Positions 10,922-22,360 of a stretch of DNA of 51,562 nt are shown here, piece by piece. Within the stretch, counting starts at the first letter, position 1, and every line of letters begins with the position of its first letter. The position numbers and the translations under genes are program-made. This DNA is from Chiloscyllium plagiosum. Taxonomy: Eukaryota. Location: positions 3,751,514 to 3,803,075 of the forward strand of contig NC_057753.1 of NCBI RefSeq assembly GCF_004010195.1. Reading direction: 5' to 3'. The notes beneath the pieces are model-generated. The model worked only from the letters and a program-made list of their open reading frames with translations, was not told the DNA's origin and searched no databases.

Positions 10922-12121
10922 ATGGAAGGGGAAAGCACTGTTCACAGCGGAGAGACACTGCACACGCCTCCTGGTTGCCGCCAGGATTTCAGCCAGTCTT
11001 CTGGTGTGTTGGAACACAGCCAGAAAGAGAAGAAACCTTGGAAGTGTGGGGACTGTGCGAAGGGATTCCGATTCCCGTCAGAGCTGGAGGTTCATCGGCG
11101 CACTCACACTGGAGAAAGGCCATTCACCTGCTCCAAGTGTGGGAAGAGGTTCACTCTGTTATCCCACCTGCTGACCCACCAGAGAGTTCACACCGGGGAG
11201 AGGCCGTTCACCTGCACCGAGTGTGGGAAGGCTTTCACTCAGCTGTCGCACTTGCTGAAACACCAGCTCGTTCACACCGACAAGAGACCTTTTCAGTGCC
11301 CAGACTGTGGGAAGTGCTACAAGAGTTCGGATAATCTGACGTCCCATCAACGTGTTCACACGGATGAGAGACTGTTCAGGTGCTCTCAGTGCGGGACTGG
11401 GTTCGGGCGGTCATCGCACCTCACTGCCCACCAGCGGGTTCACACCGGGGAGAGGCCGTTCACCTGCTCTGTGTGTGGGAAGGGGTTCACACAGTCAACC
11501 CACCTGCTGAGGCACCACCGAATTCACACTGGGGAGAGACCGTTCCATTGCCTGGATTGCGGGATGTGCTTCACAAGTTCTGAGGAACTGGCGTCCCATC
11601 AACTAGTTCACACTGATGAGAGACCGTTCATGTGTTCTCACTGCGGGACTGGGTTCAAGAAATCATTCCAGCTGACTGTCCACCAACGGATCCATTCTGG
11701 AGAGAGGCCATTCACCTGCTCCGAGTGTGGCAAGGGATTCACTCGCTCATTCCACCTGCTAAGACACCAGCAGGTTCACACTGGAGAGAAACCTTTTAAG
11801 TGTCTGAACTGTGGGAAATGCTTCAAGAGTTCTGGGGAACTAATCTGCCATCAACGTGTTCACACTGATGAGAGGCCATTCAGGTGCTCTCACTGTGGAA
11901 CAGGCTTCAGGTTATCATCTCATCTCACTGTGCACCAGCGTATTCACACTGGAGAGAGGCCGTTTACCTGCTCTGTGTGTGGGAAGACATTCACTCAGTC
12001 ATCTAACCTTCTGGCACACCAGAGGACACACACTGGAGAGAAGCCGTTCGCCTGCCCCGTGTGCAGAAAGAGATTTGCTCAGTCGTCCAACCTCCTGGCA
12101 CACCAGCGGATTCACAACTAA
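10922..12121 (+). CDS. ZNF gene A: C2H2 zinc-finger protein, 399 aa, 13 tandem fingers, no recognisable effector domain
   Basis: Uninterrupted ORF from aacATGG. Thirteen Cx2Cx12Hx3H motifs with TGERP/TDERP linkers. Acceptor tttcacag ends at 10825; in-frame TGA at 10907-10909; AATAAA at 12545. Confidence 0.93.
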   Translation: MEGESTVHSGETLHTPPGCRQDFSQSSGVLEHSQKEKKPWKCGDCAKGFRFPSELEVHRRTHTGERPFTCSKCGKRFTLLSHLLTHQRVHTGERPFTCTECGKAFTQLSHLLKHQLVHTDKRPFQCPDCGKCYKSSDNLTSHQRVHTDERLFRCSQCGTGFGRSSHLTAHQRVHTGERPFTCSVCGKGFTQSTHLLRHHRIHTGERPFHCLDCGMCFTSSEELASHQLVHTDERPFMCSHCGTGFKKSFQLTVHQRIHSGERPFTCSECGKGFTRSFHLLRHQQVHTGEKPFKCLNCGKCFKSSGELICHQRVHTDERPFRCSHCGTGFRLSSHLTVHQRIHTGERPFTCSVCGKTFTQSSNLLAHQRTHTGEKPFACPVCRKRFAQSSNLLAHQRIHN

Positions 12122-12156
12122 CTGCAGTGCTTGGAATTTGCTATTATGGTCACGTA

Positions 12157-12470
12157 GACTAGACTCCCTACAGTGTGGAAAGAGGCCCTTCGGCCCAACC
12201 AGTCCACACCGACCCTCCAAAGAGTAACCCACCCGGATCCATTTCCCTCTGACTAATGCACCTAACATTACAGACAGTTTAGCGTGGTCAATTCACCTGA
12301 CCTCCACATCTTCGGACTGTGGGAGGAAACCGGAGCACCCGGAGGGAACCCACACAGACACGGGGAGAATGTGCAATCTCCACACAGACAGTCTGCCCGA
12401 GGCGGGAGTTGAACCTGGGTCCCTGGTGCTGTGAGGCAGCAGTGCTAACCACTGAGCCACCATGCCGCCC
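12157..12470 (-). mobile_element. HE1-type V-SINE, antisense in the 3'UTR of gene A
   Basis: Full reverse-complement HE1 between the stop (12121) and AATAAA (12545). Confidence 0.9.
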
Positions 12471-12544
12471 GATGTGGATCTGTTTCTGTTGATGTTAATA
12501 ATCTAGAGCCCAGTCATAGGTGTTAAAATGCTGGTTAACGGTCA

Positions 12545-12550
12545 AATAAA
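12545..12550 (+). terminator. Probable polyadenylation signal of gene A
   Basis: AATAAA followed by GT/T-rich sequence. Confidence 0.5.
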
Positions 12551-12862
12551 TCCGACTTGTGTTGCATACACTAAGTTTTGAGTCTTTTTTAATATGTCTG
12601 ACACAAGTTAATTTCTTTTGAAGAATTCTCCTTCAACTTCACCTCAGGGATGACAAACCCACAAGAGATTCTTTGCCACTGAGATTGAGACAATGTAATC
12701 ACCTGCTTCTTGCTGCTTCCCTTCCTTCCCCTGATGAATCGAGCAAATTCATGTCAAAGCTGTGAAATCATCCGTTCTTCATTTAGTCTCTTATGTCCCC
12801 TTGTTGCCTGTCAGCGCTCACCTTGTCCATGAGATCCACCTCCTCAGTCTTGTTCTGAACAA

Positions 12863-13405
12863 GGAGAAAGTGAGGACTGCAGATGCTGGAGATCAGAGTC
12901 GAGAGTGTGGTGCTGGAAAAGCACAGCAGGTCAGGCAGCATCCGAGGTGCAGGAGAATCGACGTTACGGGCATAAGTCCTGCATCAGGAATTGCGGCAAT
13001 TAGACATGAAGAGATCGAGGGCGGGTAACAGGCCAGTAGGGGGTGTCCAGGTGGATGGGGTGTATTGGAGGTGAGAGAAGGGGTCCTCGATGGGGGGGCG
13101 GAAGTCTTGGTTGAAAAATTGGTGGAAAAAGTGTTTAAGGTTATGACGTGTGTCGAACTCATTAATCCGGGAGTGTAGGGGGATGAAGGTGAGGCATTTG
13201 CTGAGGACTAAACATTCATCTTCAGTGAGGGGGGCCCTGGGGGAATAGTAAAGAAATGGCAGGACTGAGAGCTAGGACCTGGTGAAGGGCTGGAGCTGGG
13301 TGTGGGGGCAGAGAGAGGGCTGATGAAGAGTTTATGTCCGAAATGTTGATGTTCCTGCTCCTCATGCTGCCTGACTTGCTGTGCTTTTCCAGCACTACAC
13401 TCGAC
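12863..13405. mobile_element. Penelope-like fragment: inverted family-A ends around an ORF N-terminal piece
   Basis: The minus-strand interior reads LTEDECLVLSKCLTFIPLHSRINEFDTRHNLKHFF, typical of the start of vertebrate PLE ORFs; mutated hammerhead cores at ~12960-12990 (-) and ~13320 (+). Confidence 0.75.
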
Positions 13406-13409
13406 TTGG

Positions 13410-14186
13410 CTCTGACCAATGCTGAACTAGTGACAGCATTTACCAAACCGTCCTTGCTCACTCATATTGTTCATGGTTCTCTCTCTTCAAAGACTATCCC
13501 ACTTTCCTTTCACTCTGCCGCCATTTACTCATCCTCAAAAAGAAAACACTTGGCTCAGCCGTCATTGTATCCCATCTCGAATCTCTTCCTCTGAATGCTT
13601 TGCCTCCTTCTAAATCTGTGTCCGTCGTTCCCAGAACTCCATCTTTCAATTCCTCCAAACAGATTTCTTCCCCGTCATCAGAATCAAATTCTTGTCAAAA
13701 TCACTGATTTCGAAAGTAAGCAATTACTCCTTGACCTTCTTGCCCCGTTCTGAAACCTTCTACCACACAATCCTCCTGCAGCCCCTCGTCACTGTTGTCC
13801 TGCTGAATGGACCGACGCTTTTCTGACTCATTGCTGACCTGTCAGGTCACGGCCAGAGCATCAGTGCAACGCCTTCCCTTCCTGCTTCCAAGGCCTTACT
13901 TCTGGTGTCCCAGAGGATCTGTCCTCTGCCTCTTCCTATTCCTAATCCACATTCTGCTGCTCAAGGACCTCATCTGAAAAACACAGTGTCAGATTTCACA
14001 TGTGGCTGATGACACCAACAGCCATTGCAACTCTTCCACTGTTACTAAATTCTCAGAGTCTTCATCCCACATCCAGGAGTACACTTGTGGACTTTCCTCC
14101 AGCCTAACCTTGTGGAGGCTGAAGCCACTGATGCTGGCCCCTCTTTCAACTTCTGCTCCTCAGCTCCTTATCCTTCTCATTGGCAA
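13410..14186 (+). mobile_element. Degenerate L2 LINE RT fragment
   Basis: tctggtgtcccagaggatctgtcct ([12 protein letters not shown]) and gctgatgacacc (ADDT) in pyrimidine-rich L2-style sequence. Confidence 0.6.
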
Positions 14187-15055
14187 GTCATAGAGATGTA
14201 TAGCATGGAAACAGATCTTTCAGTCCAACCCGTCCATGTCGACTAGATATCCCAACCCAATCTAGTCCCACCTGCCAGCACCCGGCCCATATCCCTCCAA
14301 ACCCTTCCTATTCATAGACCCATCCAAATGCCTCTTAAATGTTTCAATTGTACCAGTCTCCACCACTTCCTCTGGCAGCTCATTCCATACACGTACCACC
14401 CTCTGTGTGAAAAGGTTGCCCCTTAGGTTTCTTTTATATCTTTCCCCTCTCGCCCTAAACTTATGCCCTCTAGTTCTGGACTCCCCCACCGCAGGGAAAA
14501 GACTTTGTCTATTTACCCTACCTATGCCCCTAATGTTTTTATCAACCTGTATAAGGTCACCCCTCAGCCTCCGACACGCCAGGGAAAACAGCCCCAGCCT
14601 ATTCAGCCTCTCCCTATAGCTCAAATCCTCCAACCCTGGCAACATCCTTGTAAATCCTTTCTGAACCCTTTCAACTTTCACGACATCCTTCCGAATTGAA
14701 GGAGACCAGAATTGCACGCAATATTCCAAAAGTGGCCGAACGAATGACCTGTACAGCTGCAACATGACCTCCCAACTGCTGTACTCAATAGACTGACCAA
14801 TAAAGTAAAGCATACCAAATGCCTTTTTCACTATTCTATCTACCTGCGACTCTACTTTCAAGGGGTATGAACGTGCACTCCAAGGTGTCTTTGTTCAGCA
14901 ACACTCCCCAGCACCTTACCATTAAATGAAAAAGTCCTGCTAAGATTCGCTTTCCCAAACTACAGCACCTCGCATTTATCTAAATTAAACTCAATCTGCC
15001 AACTCTCAGCACATTGGCCCATCCGATCAAGACCCCGTTGTAATCAGAGGTGACC
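14187..15055 (-). mobile_element. CR1/HER1 LINE 3' portion
   Basis: ORF 14262-14861: VRPLLEYCVQFWSP...RRLRGDLI...FTQRVVRVWNELP; tail ctctatgact. Confidence 0.92.
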
Positions 15056-15624
15056 CAAGTGTCTGTGACTAAACCAGTCTTTCACATAATCGAGCCCAAG
15101 ACATTGAAGGTGTGAGGTCTGTGTTATTGAATATATTCCAGGCTGAGTTAGGCAGATGTTTGGGGAGTCCACGGTTATGGGCAGACAGGAAAGTGAGATC
15201 AAGGTCACAACTCGATCAGCCGCGATTTTATTGAATGACAGAACAGACTCGAAGGAGCTGATTGGTCCACTCTGCCTCTGATTTGGATGCTCTTTTGCTG
15301 CAAGTATTAACTGAGTGGGAAGTGTCAATGACAGATGCTATGAAGATGTGGGTGTACTGTTCTTTATGAGAGTTAAAAGCTAGCACAACTACCTGACAGC
15401 ACCAAGTGTTCTGAACAAGATACAATGTAACATTTGGTCTAACAACTCAATTAGCTGGGTTTCGAAAACAGATTCGAATTAGGCCAATCGGCTTAAAGTA
15501 TAACCTGAGAAATACCAAACTCCAATCAAGTTTGAATTTAGTATATTGACAATCTTAAAAGCCAATGACACAATTCGATGCTTTGAGGGTATAAGACTGG
15601 GGAAAATTGAACAGGTGGGAGGAG

Positions 15625-17504
15625 CACAATGGGAGGATATTTAATTGGGGAAAAGGAAACTATGATATTATCAGACGTGAGTTGGGAAGCATGGACTGGG
15701 AGCAATTGTTCCATGGAAAGGGCATTATAGACATGTGGAAACTGTTGAAGGATCATTGTTGCGCGTGATGAATAAATATGTCCCCCTGAGACAGGCAAGA
15801 AGGGGTAAGATAAAGGAACCTTGGATGACGAGAGCGGAGGAGCTTCTCGTCAAAAGAAAGAAGGCAGCTTACGTNNNNNNNNNNNNNNNNNNNNNNNNNN
15901 NNNNNNNNNNNNNNNNNNNNNNNNNNNNNNNNNNNNNNNNNNNNNNNNNNNNNNNNNNNNNNNNNNNNNNNNNNNNNNNNNNNNNNNNNNNNNNNNNNNN
16001 NNNNNNNNNNNNNNNNNNNNNNNNNNNNNNNNNNNNNNNNNNNNNNNNNNNNNNNNNNNNNNNNNNNNNNNNNNNNNNNNNNNNNNNNNNNNNNNNNNNN
16101 NNNNNNNNNNNNNNNNNNNNNNNNNNNNNNNNNNNNNNNNNNNNNNNNNNNNNNNNNNNNNNNNNNNNNNNNNNNNNNNNNNNNNNNNNNNNNNNNNNNN
16201 NNNNNNNNNNNNNNNNNNNNNNNNNNNNNNNNNNNNNNNNNNNNNNNNNNNNNNNNNNNNNNNNNNNNNNNNNNNNNNNNNNNNNNNNNNNNNNNNNNNN
16301 NNNNNNNNNNNNNNNNNNNNNNNNNNNNNNNNNNNNNNNNNNNNNNNNNNNNNNNNNNNNNNNNNNNNNNNNNNNNNNNNNNNNNNNNNNNNNNNNNNNN
16401 NNNNNNNNNNNNNNNNNNNNNNNNNNNNNNNNNNNNNNNNNNNNNNNNNNNNNNNNNNNNNNNNNNNNNNNNNNNNNNNNNNNNNNNNNNNNNNNNNNNN
16501 NNNNNNNNNNNNNNNNNNNNNNNNNNNNNNNNNNNNNNNNNNNNNNNNNNNNNNNNNNNNNNNNNNNNNNNNNNNNNNNNNNNNNNNNNNNNNNNNNNNN
16601 NNNNNNNNNNNNNNNNNNNNNNNNNNNNNNNNNNNNNNNNNNNNNNNNNNNNNNNNNNNNNNNNNNNNNNNNNNNNNNNNNNNNNNNNNNNNNNNNNNNN
16701 NNNNNNNNNNNNNNNNNNNNNNNNNNNNNNNNNAAGTGATGCATTTTGGAAGGTCGAACTTGAAAGTTGAGTACAGGATTAAAGACGGAATTCTTGGCAG
16801 TGTGGAGGAACAGAGAGATCTTGGAGTGCAGGTACATAGATCTCTTAAAATTGTCACCCAAGTGGACAGGGTTGTTAAGAAAGCATATGGTGTTTGGCTT
16901 TCATTATCAGGGGGATTGAGTTTAAGAGCCGTGAGATCTTGTTGCAGTTCTATAAAACTTTGGTTAGACCGCACTTGGAATACTGCGTCCAGTTCTGGTC
17001 GCCCTATTATAGGAAAGATGTGGATGCTTTGGAGAGGGTTCAGAGGAGGTTTACCAGGATGCTGCCTGGACTGGAGGGCTTATCTTATGAAGAGAGGTTG
17101 ACTGAGCTTGGACTTGTCTCATTGGAAAAAAAAAGGAAGAGAGGGGACCTAATTGAGGTGTACAAGATAATGAGAGGCATAGATAGAGTTGATATCCAGA
17201 GACTTTTTCCCAGGGCAGAAATTGTTAATACGAGCGGTCATAGTTTTTAGCTGGTTGGAGGAAAGTATAGAGGGGATGTCAGAGGTGGGTTCTTTACGCA
17301 GAGAGTTGTGAGAGCATGGAATGCGTTGCCAGCAGCAGTTGTGGAAGCGAGGTCATTGGGGACATTTAAGAGACTGCTGGACATGCATATGGTCACAGAT
17401 ATTTGAGAGTTCGTACACTAGGTTTACCTTACATGAGGATCAATGGTCGTCACAACACCGTGGGCTGAAGAGCCTGTTCTGTGCTGTACTGTTCTATGTT
17501 CTAT
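15625..17504 (+). mobile_element. CR1 LINE spanning the assembly gap
   Basis: KYVPLRQ..KEPWMT before the gap; VMHFGRSN...LVRPHLEYCVQFWSP after it; tail (ttctatg)n. Confidence 0.9.
15875..16733. other. Assembly gap (859 N)
   Basis: Run of N. Confidence 1.
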
Positions 17505-18272
17505 GAACTGCCAACCCAACGACATCTGCATACTGCCGGAAAAATAGCTCTCTTAAAGATGCCTTGATCGATCAATAACCTGTGAAGCAAAAATCCCTAA
17601 GAAGAAGAAAAGAAGACACAGGAAGACATAACGGGAAGATTCGATATCTGGCTGGTTTTGAAAATTTGAATTCTTGGCTAATCTTAATCAGGGTGTTTTA
17701 TTGGACTCGTATTACAGAAGGGAAAGTGAAAGATAGGTTAGAGGAAGGAGTTGTAAGAAGTTGTTAGTTAATTATTCTCTGTTATAATTTAAGAAATAAA
17801 GTTGTTAAGTTTTACTTTAACAGCTTCTTGGCCTCTCGAATTTTCACATGTTACTGCACGGGATAAATCTTTTCTGTGTTGCTGGTTTAAATTAAGCAGG
17901 AGGGTTGACCCCGTGATGTAACTCAGACTAAATTGTCCAATCAGGGAGAATGCTGAGTTCATTGCCACAGCCGATATGTTTTGTCTAACTGACCCAATGA
18001 CACCATCCATTTGATCCAGCCAATGGAGAACTGGGCAGCTCAGTGAGTCCTGGATAAATGGGGTTATGACAGAAGACAGTAAGCTCCCCTTTTTATAACA
18101 TTAGCTTCTCTGCCTGAGCGAATCTTTTAAAAGCACAACATCAGTGGATGTGTAAATGGTGAGTGGGAAGTGGGTTTCCAGGGAAGTGAGTATTCTCGGT
18201 ATAGTCCGGTGTGGGCTTATTCCGTGATCAGTAACAGTTAACTGGTGTGCGGTTGTGGGGTCAGTCGCTGTG

Positions 18273-18443
18273 GAGAAAGTGAGCACTGCAGATGCTGGAG
18301 ATCAGGGTCAAAGAGTGTGTTGCTGGGAAAGCGCAGCAGGTCAGGCAGCATCCAAGGAGTGGGAGAACTGCCGTTTCTGATGAAGGGCTTATGCCCGGAA
18401 CATTAATTCTCCTGCTCCTCGGGTGCTGCCTGACCTGCTGTGC
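18273..18443. mobile_element. Head-to-head PLE terminal-repeat pair (family A)
   Basis: Inverted arms with an internal ctgatgaagggcttatgcccggaac core at ~18377. Confidence 0.8.
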
Positions 18444-19619
18444 GGGGTCAGTTACTGTGTTTAATTGAGTTGTCCACCTATTTGAACATTTATTAAACAG
18501 TCTAACACCTCCTTGGTAAAGACACAGTTTAGTCTGGCCTGTCACATCATAGTCTTTAACCTGGTCTTGGATCAGAGACATTTGCAGAGGTTCCTGGACA
18601 GCAGGGGATCATTCCACCTCAGGTTTGACATTCCTGTGCAGCTTACTTGTGTTTGTGTTGGTCAGGACTTGCACAGAATCATGATGCGAACCTCCTGATG
18701 TATGTCTGATCATTCCAGGGACAGGAAAATTTGAGTTCATGCCAGTGAATACAGTCAAATGAACGGTTAGCGTTTGAAATGGATAAACATGTTGGGTCTG
18801 CATGCACGTGATGAGCTCTGAGCGGGCCCGTTGCTCTGCCATCTCATAGGTTTCCTGATCGACACTGCTTTCACCACCAGCGGTGCTGCTGTGCCTTTGC
18901 ACAGGTTGCCTTCACCTTGCGACTTCCACCGTGTCTTCACTTGAGATAACTTGCACCAGAGACAAACTTCTGCTGTCAAATAATGTTGGTTAATAACGCA
19001 CAAATGACCTGTGCAGCCAACATCAGCATGTATTGCTGTGAGCTTGAACAGGGCAGAGACAAATGCAGTAAAACAAGCAACTTATCGTCGCTCCTGTCAA
19101 TCTCCTGAGTCGATGCCTGATGGACATTCCTCACCAAAAACAACTGACAGGTGGCAAATCCGAAACATTTACACATTGCATCTCTTTTGAGTTCTCCTCC
19201 CCTCCTCCTTCCTGTTCAGTTTTTGGGTCAATGAATCAAGACATAAATCAAGACAGGCCCTAATCCCAAACTTTACTTGAGATGTGGGAGCAGATATCTA
19301 AAATGCAAGGCATCGAGAAGTGAGGTGTTTGCAGATGACGGGTTAAAAAGACATGAGCATGTCATACTCTTGATCTCCTGTACTGATTCCAGAAAGGTGT
19401 ACCATGGCCATTACTCCCAGAGGAAGTCTCTTCTTCCTCTCTTGTGTACATTACTGCACTGTGCAATGGTGCCAAGTTTTCACACAAGACTTCAATGTGA
19501 AGGAGAGCTGCAGTAACTTCACACTGCACAGCACCTGTACTGCAGGACATTACAGCATAGTTCCTGTTTAGATGTGCTGAGCTTCAGTGAAGTGTTTGCA
19601 TTGTTTTAACTATCACTCA

Positions 19620-20035
19620 GGGTGTAAGTTTGCTTGCTGAGCTGGAAGGTTTGTTTTTCAGATGTTTCATCACCATACTAGGTAACATCATCAAGGAGCC
19701 TGTGGTGAAGTGCTGGTGTTATGTCCCACTTGCTATTTGTGTGTTGAAGGTTCCTTGGGTTGGTGATGTCATTTCCTGCATTGGTGATGTTATTTCCTGT
19801 TCATTTTCTGAGAGGATGGTAGATGGGGTCGAAATCAATGTGTTTATTGGTAGAGTTCTGGTTGGAATGCCATGCTTTGAGGAATTCTCATGCGTGTCTC
19901 TGTTTGGCTTGACCTAATGGAAGTGGTGTCCTTCCTCATTTGTGTGTAAGTATACTAGTGACAGCAATACAGCTTAGCATGCAAACTTACACCCAGAACC
20001 TCAACCTGTGCTACAAGTCTTCTCAAAACTTGCAA
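19620..20035 (-). mobile_element. Penelope-like element 3' end (family D) with inverted stub
   Basis: Minus GQAKQRHA*EFLKAWHSNQNSTNKHIDFDPIYHPL (GIY-YIG C-terminal region), then ttgatga-tgttacc tagtat ggtgat-gaaa-catc; inverted stub at ~19973-20035. Confidence 0.75.
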
Positions 20036-20164
20036 AACTATCACTCAATTAGTCTGATACCAAATCGGATGCAAGAAATGACGGGGACACATTTCGCTGA
20101 ACTCAGTTGTCTTCCTGCCTTTAAAACAGAGGAAAACAAATGTTTGTACCATCTATAACTATGA

Positions 20165-21850
20165 TCTGAGGCACCGGATGACTGGAAAGTGAATAATGTT
20201 GTGCCTTACTTTAAGAAGAGAAGTAAGGAGAAGCCTGAGAACTATAGACCCGTGAGTCTGACTTTAGTGGTGGGTAGGTTGTTGGGAGTGATTCTGTACA
20301 GGATTTTTAGGCATTTGGAGAGGCAAGGAATGATTCGGGATAGTCAGCATGGTTTTCTGTGAGGAAAATCATGTCGCTCAAACTTGACTGAGTTTTTTTG
20401 AGGAAGGAAGCAAAAAGGTTGATGAGACCAGAGTGGTGTACTTTTGTTTAGTTGGAGTTTAGTAACGCCTTTCGCAAGGTTCCATGTGTTTGACTAATTA
20501 GTAAAGTTAGAGGGCGGCACGGTGGCTCAGTGGTTAGTGCTGCTGCCTCACAGAGCCAGGGACCTGGGTTTGATTCCAGCTTCAGTCGACTGCCTGTGTG
20601 GAGTTTTGCACATTCTCCCTGTGTCTGCGTGGGTTTCCTCCGGGTGCTCCGGTTTCCTCCCACAACCCAAAGATTGAGGGTCAGATGCATTGGCCATGCT
20701 AAATTGCCCCATAGTGTTGGATGCATTCGTCAGAGGGAAATGGGTCTGGATGGGTTACCCTTCAGAGGGTCAGTGTGCACTTGTTGGGCCGAATGGCCTG
20801 TTTCCACGCTGTGGGGAATATAACCTAATCTAGATCAGATGGGATTCAGGGTGAGGTTGCCAATCGAATACAAAATTGTCTTAACGGCTGGAGACAGAGA
20901 GGATGGTGGAGGGATGTTTTTCGGACTGAAGGCTTGCTACCAGTGGTGTAGCACAGGGATTGGTGCTCGGTCCACTTTTGTTTGTCATTTATATAAATAA
21001 TTTGGATGAGAGCATAGAAAACACATTTAGTAAGTTTGCAGATGACACCAGAATTGGTGATAGAGTGGACAGTGAAGAAGGTTATCAAAGATTACAAACA
21101 TCTTGATCGATTCAGTCAACGGGCTGAGGAGTGGCATATGGACGTCAATTCGGATAAATGCAAGGAATTGCAGTTTGGTAAAATGAACAAGGACAGGGCT
21201 TCTAGAATTAACCTTGGATAGTATTGCAGAACAGAGATGTAGGGATTCAGGTTCATAATTCATTGAAACTTTCATCACATGTAGACAGAGTGGGTAAGAA
21301 GGTGTTTGGCATGCTTGACTTCATTGCTCAGACCTTTGAGTATGGGGATTGGGAAATCATGTTGAAGTTACACAGGACGTTGATATACCTCTTCCGGAGT
21401 AGGATATTATTAAGCTGGAGAGGGTTCGGAAAAGACTTTCCAGCACGTTGCCCAGAAGGGAGAGATTGAATAAACTGGGGCTTTTCTGACTGGAACCCGC
21501 TGACTGAATTAATCAAGATCTCTGTAATTTTTGAAACCTTCACCGTCCACTCTATCACCAATTCTGGTGTCATCTGCAATCTTACTAAATGTCTTTTCTT
21601 GACAAACAAAACTGGAACCCAGGAGGTTGAGGCGTGACCTCATTTTTATAATGTGAATGGGAGGAATCTTTCCCCTGGGTGGGGCGATTTCAAGATGGCG
21701 GCATATTTTGTAAGGTGAGAGGAGAAAGAAATTTAAAAAGGACATATGTCGGGCAACGATTTTTACACAAGAGAGTGTTTAGTGTATGGAATTATCTTCC
21801 AGAGGAACAGATTGATACAGTTACATTTAAAAGTCACTTGGATATGTACA
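20165..21850 (+). mobile_element. Degenerate CR1 LINE (RT to 3' end)
   Basis: NYRPVSLT, SQHGF, SKFADDT and CKELQFG motifs with many stops; interrupted by HE1 and a local inversion. Confidence 0.88.
20512..20835 (+). mobile_element. HE1-type V-SINE nested in CR1
   Basis: gggcggcacggtggctcagtggttag... full copy. Confidence 0.9.
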
Positions 21851-22360
21851 TAGAACATTACAGAGCAGTACAGGCCCTTCGGCCTTCCATGTTGTGCCAA
21901 CCTGTAAAACCTGAAGTCCATCTATCCTACACTATTCTCGTCCATATGCCTATCCAATGACCATTTAAATGCTCTTAACATTGGCGAGTCTCCTACTGTT
22001 GCAGGCAGTGCATTCCACACCCCTACTACTCTCTGAGTAAAGAAACTACCCCTGACATCTGTCCTATATCTATCACCCCTCAATTTAAAGCTATGCCCCC
22101 TCGTGCTGCCCATCGCCATCCGAGGAAAAGGCTCTCACTGTCCAACCTATCTTACCCTCTAATTATCTTTCATGTCTCAATTAAGTCACCTCTCAACCTT
22201 CTCTCTAACAAAAACTGCCTCAAATTCCTCAGCCTTCCCTTGTAAGACCTTCCCTCCAGACCAAGCAACACCCTAGTAAATCTCCTCTGAACCCTCTCCA
22301 AAGCTTCCACATCCTTCCTATAATGCGGTGACCAGAACTGTACGCAGTGCTCTAAGTGTA
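21850..22360 (-). mobile_element. CR1 LINE 3' end
   Basis: [43 protein letters not shown]. Confidence 0.88.

Larger units (their letters stand above)
15336..17923 (+). mobile_element. Solo LTR split by a CR1 insertion
   Basis: Ends tgctatg...tgtaact flanked by a 4-bp direct repeat CAGA (15332-35 and 17924-27). CCAAT and TATA (gggtataaga) lie in the left part, AATAAA (~17795) in the right part. Confidence 0.65.

Noticed and set aside
15735..17101. Long ORFs of 330-426 aa in the ORF track
   Set aside because: Artefacts of translating through the N gap; the flanks are CR1.
18600..18700. Minus-strand peptide KLHRNVKPE resembling a kinase catalytic loop
   Set aside because: A stop follows within a few codons, with no DFG or other kinase motifs; likely chance.
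21691..21702. Perfect YY1 site caagatggcggc
   Set aside because: Isolated within a decayed CR1 tail, with no CpG island or G-tract extension.
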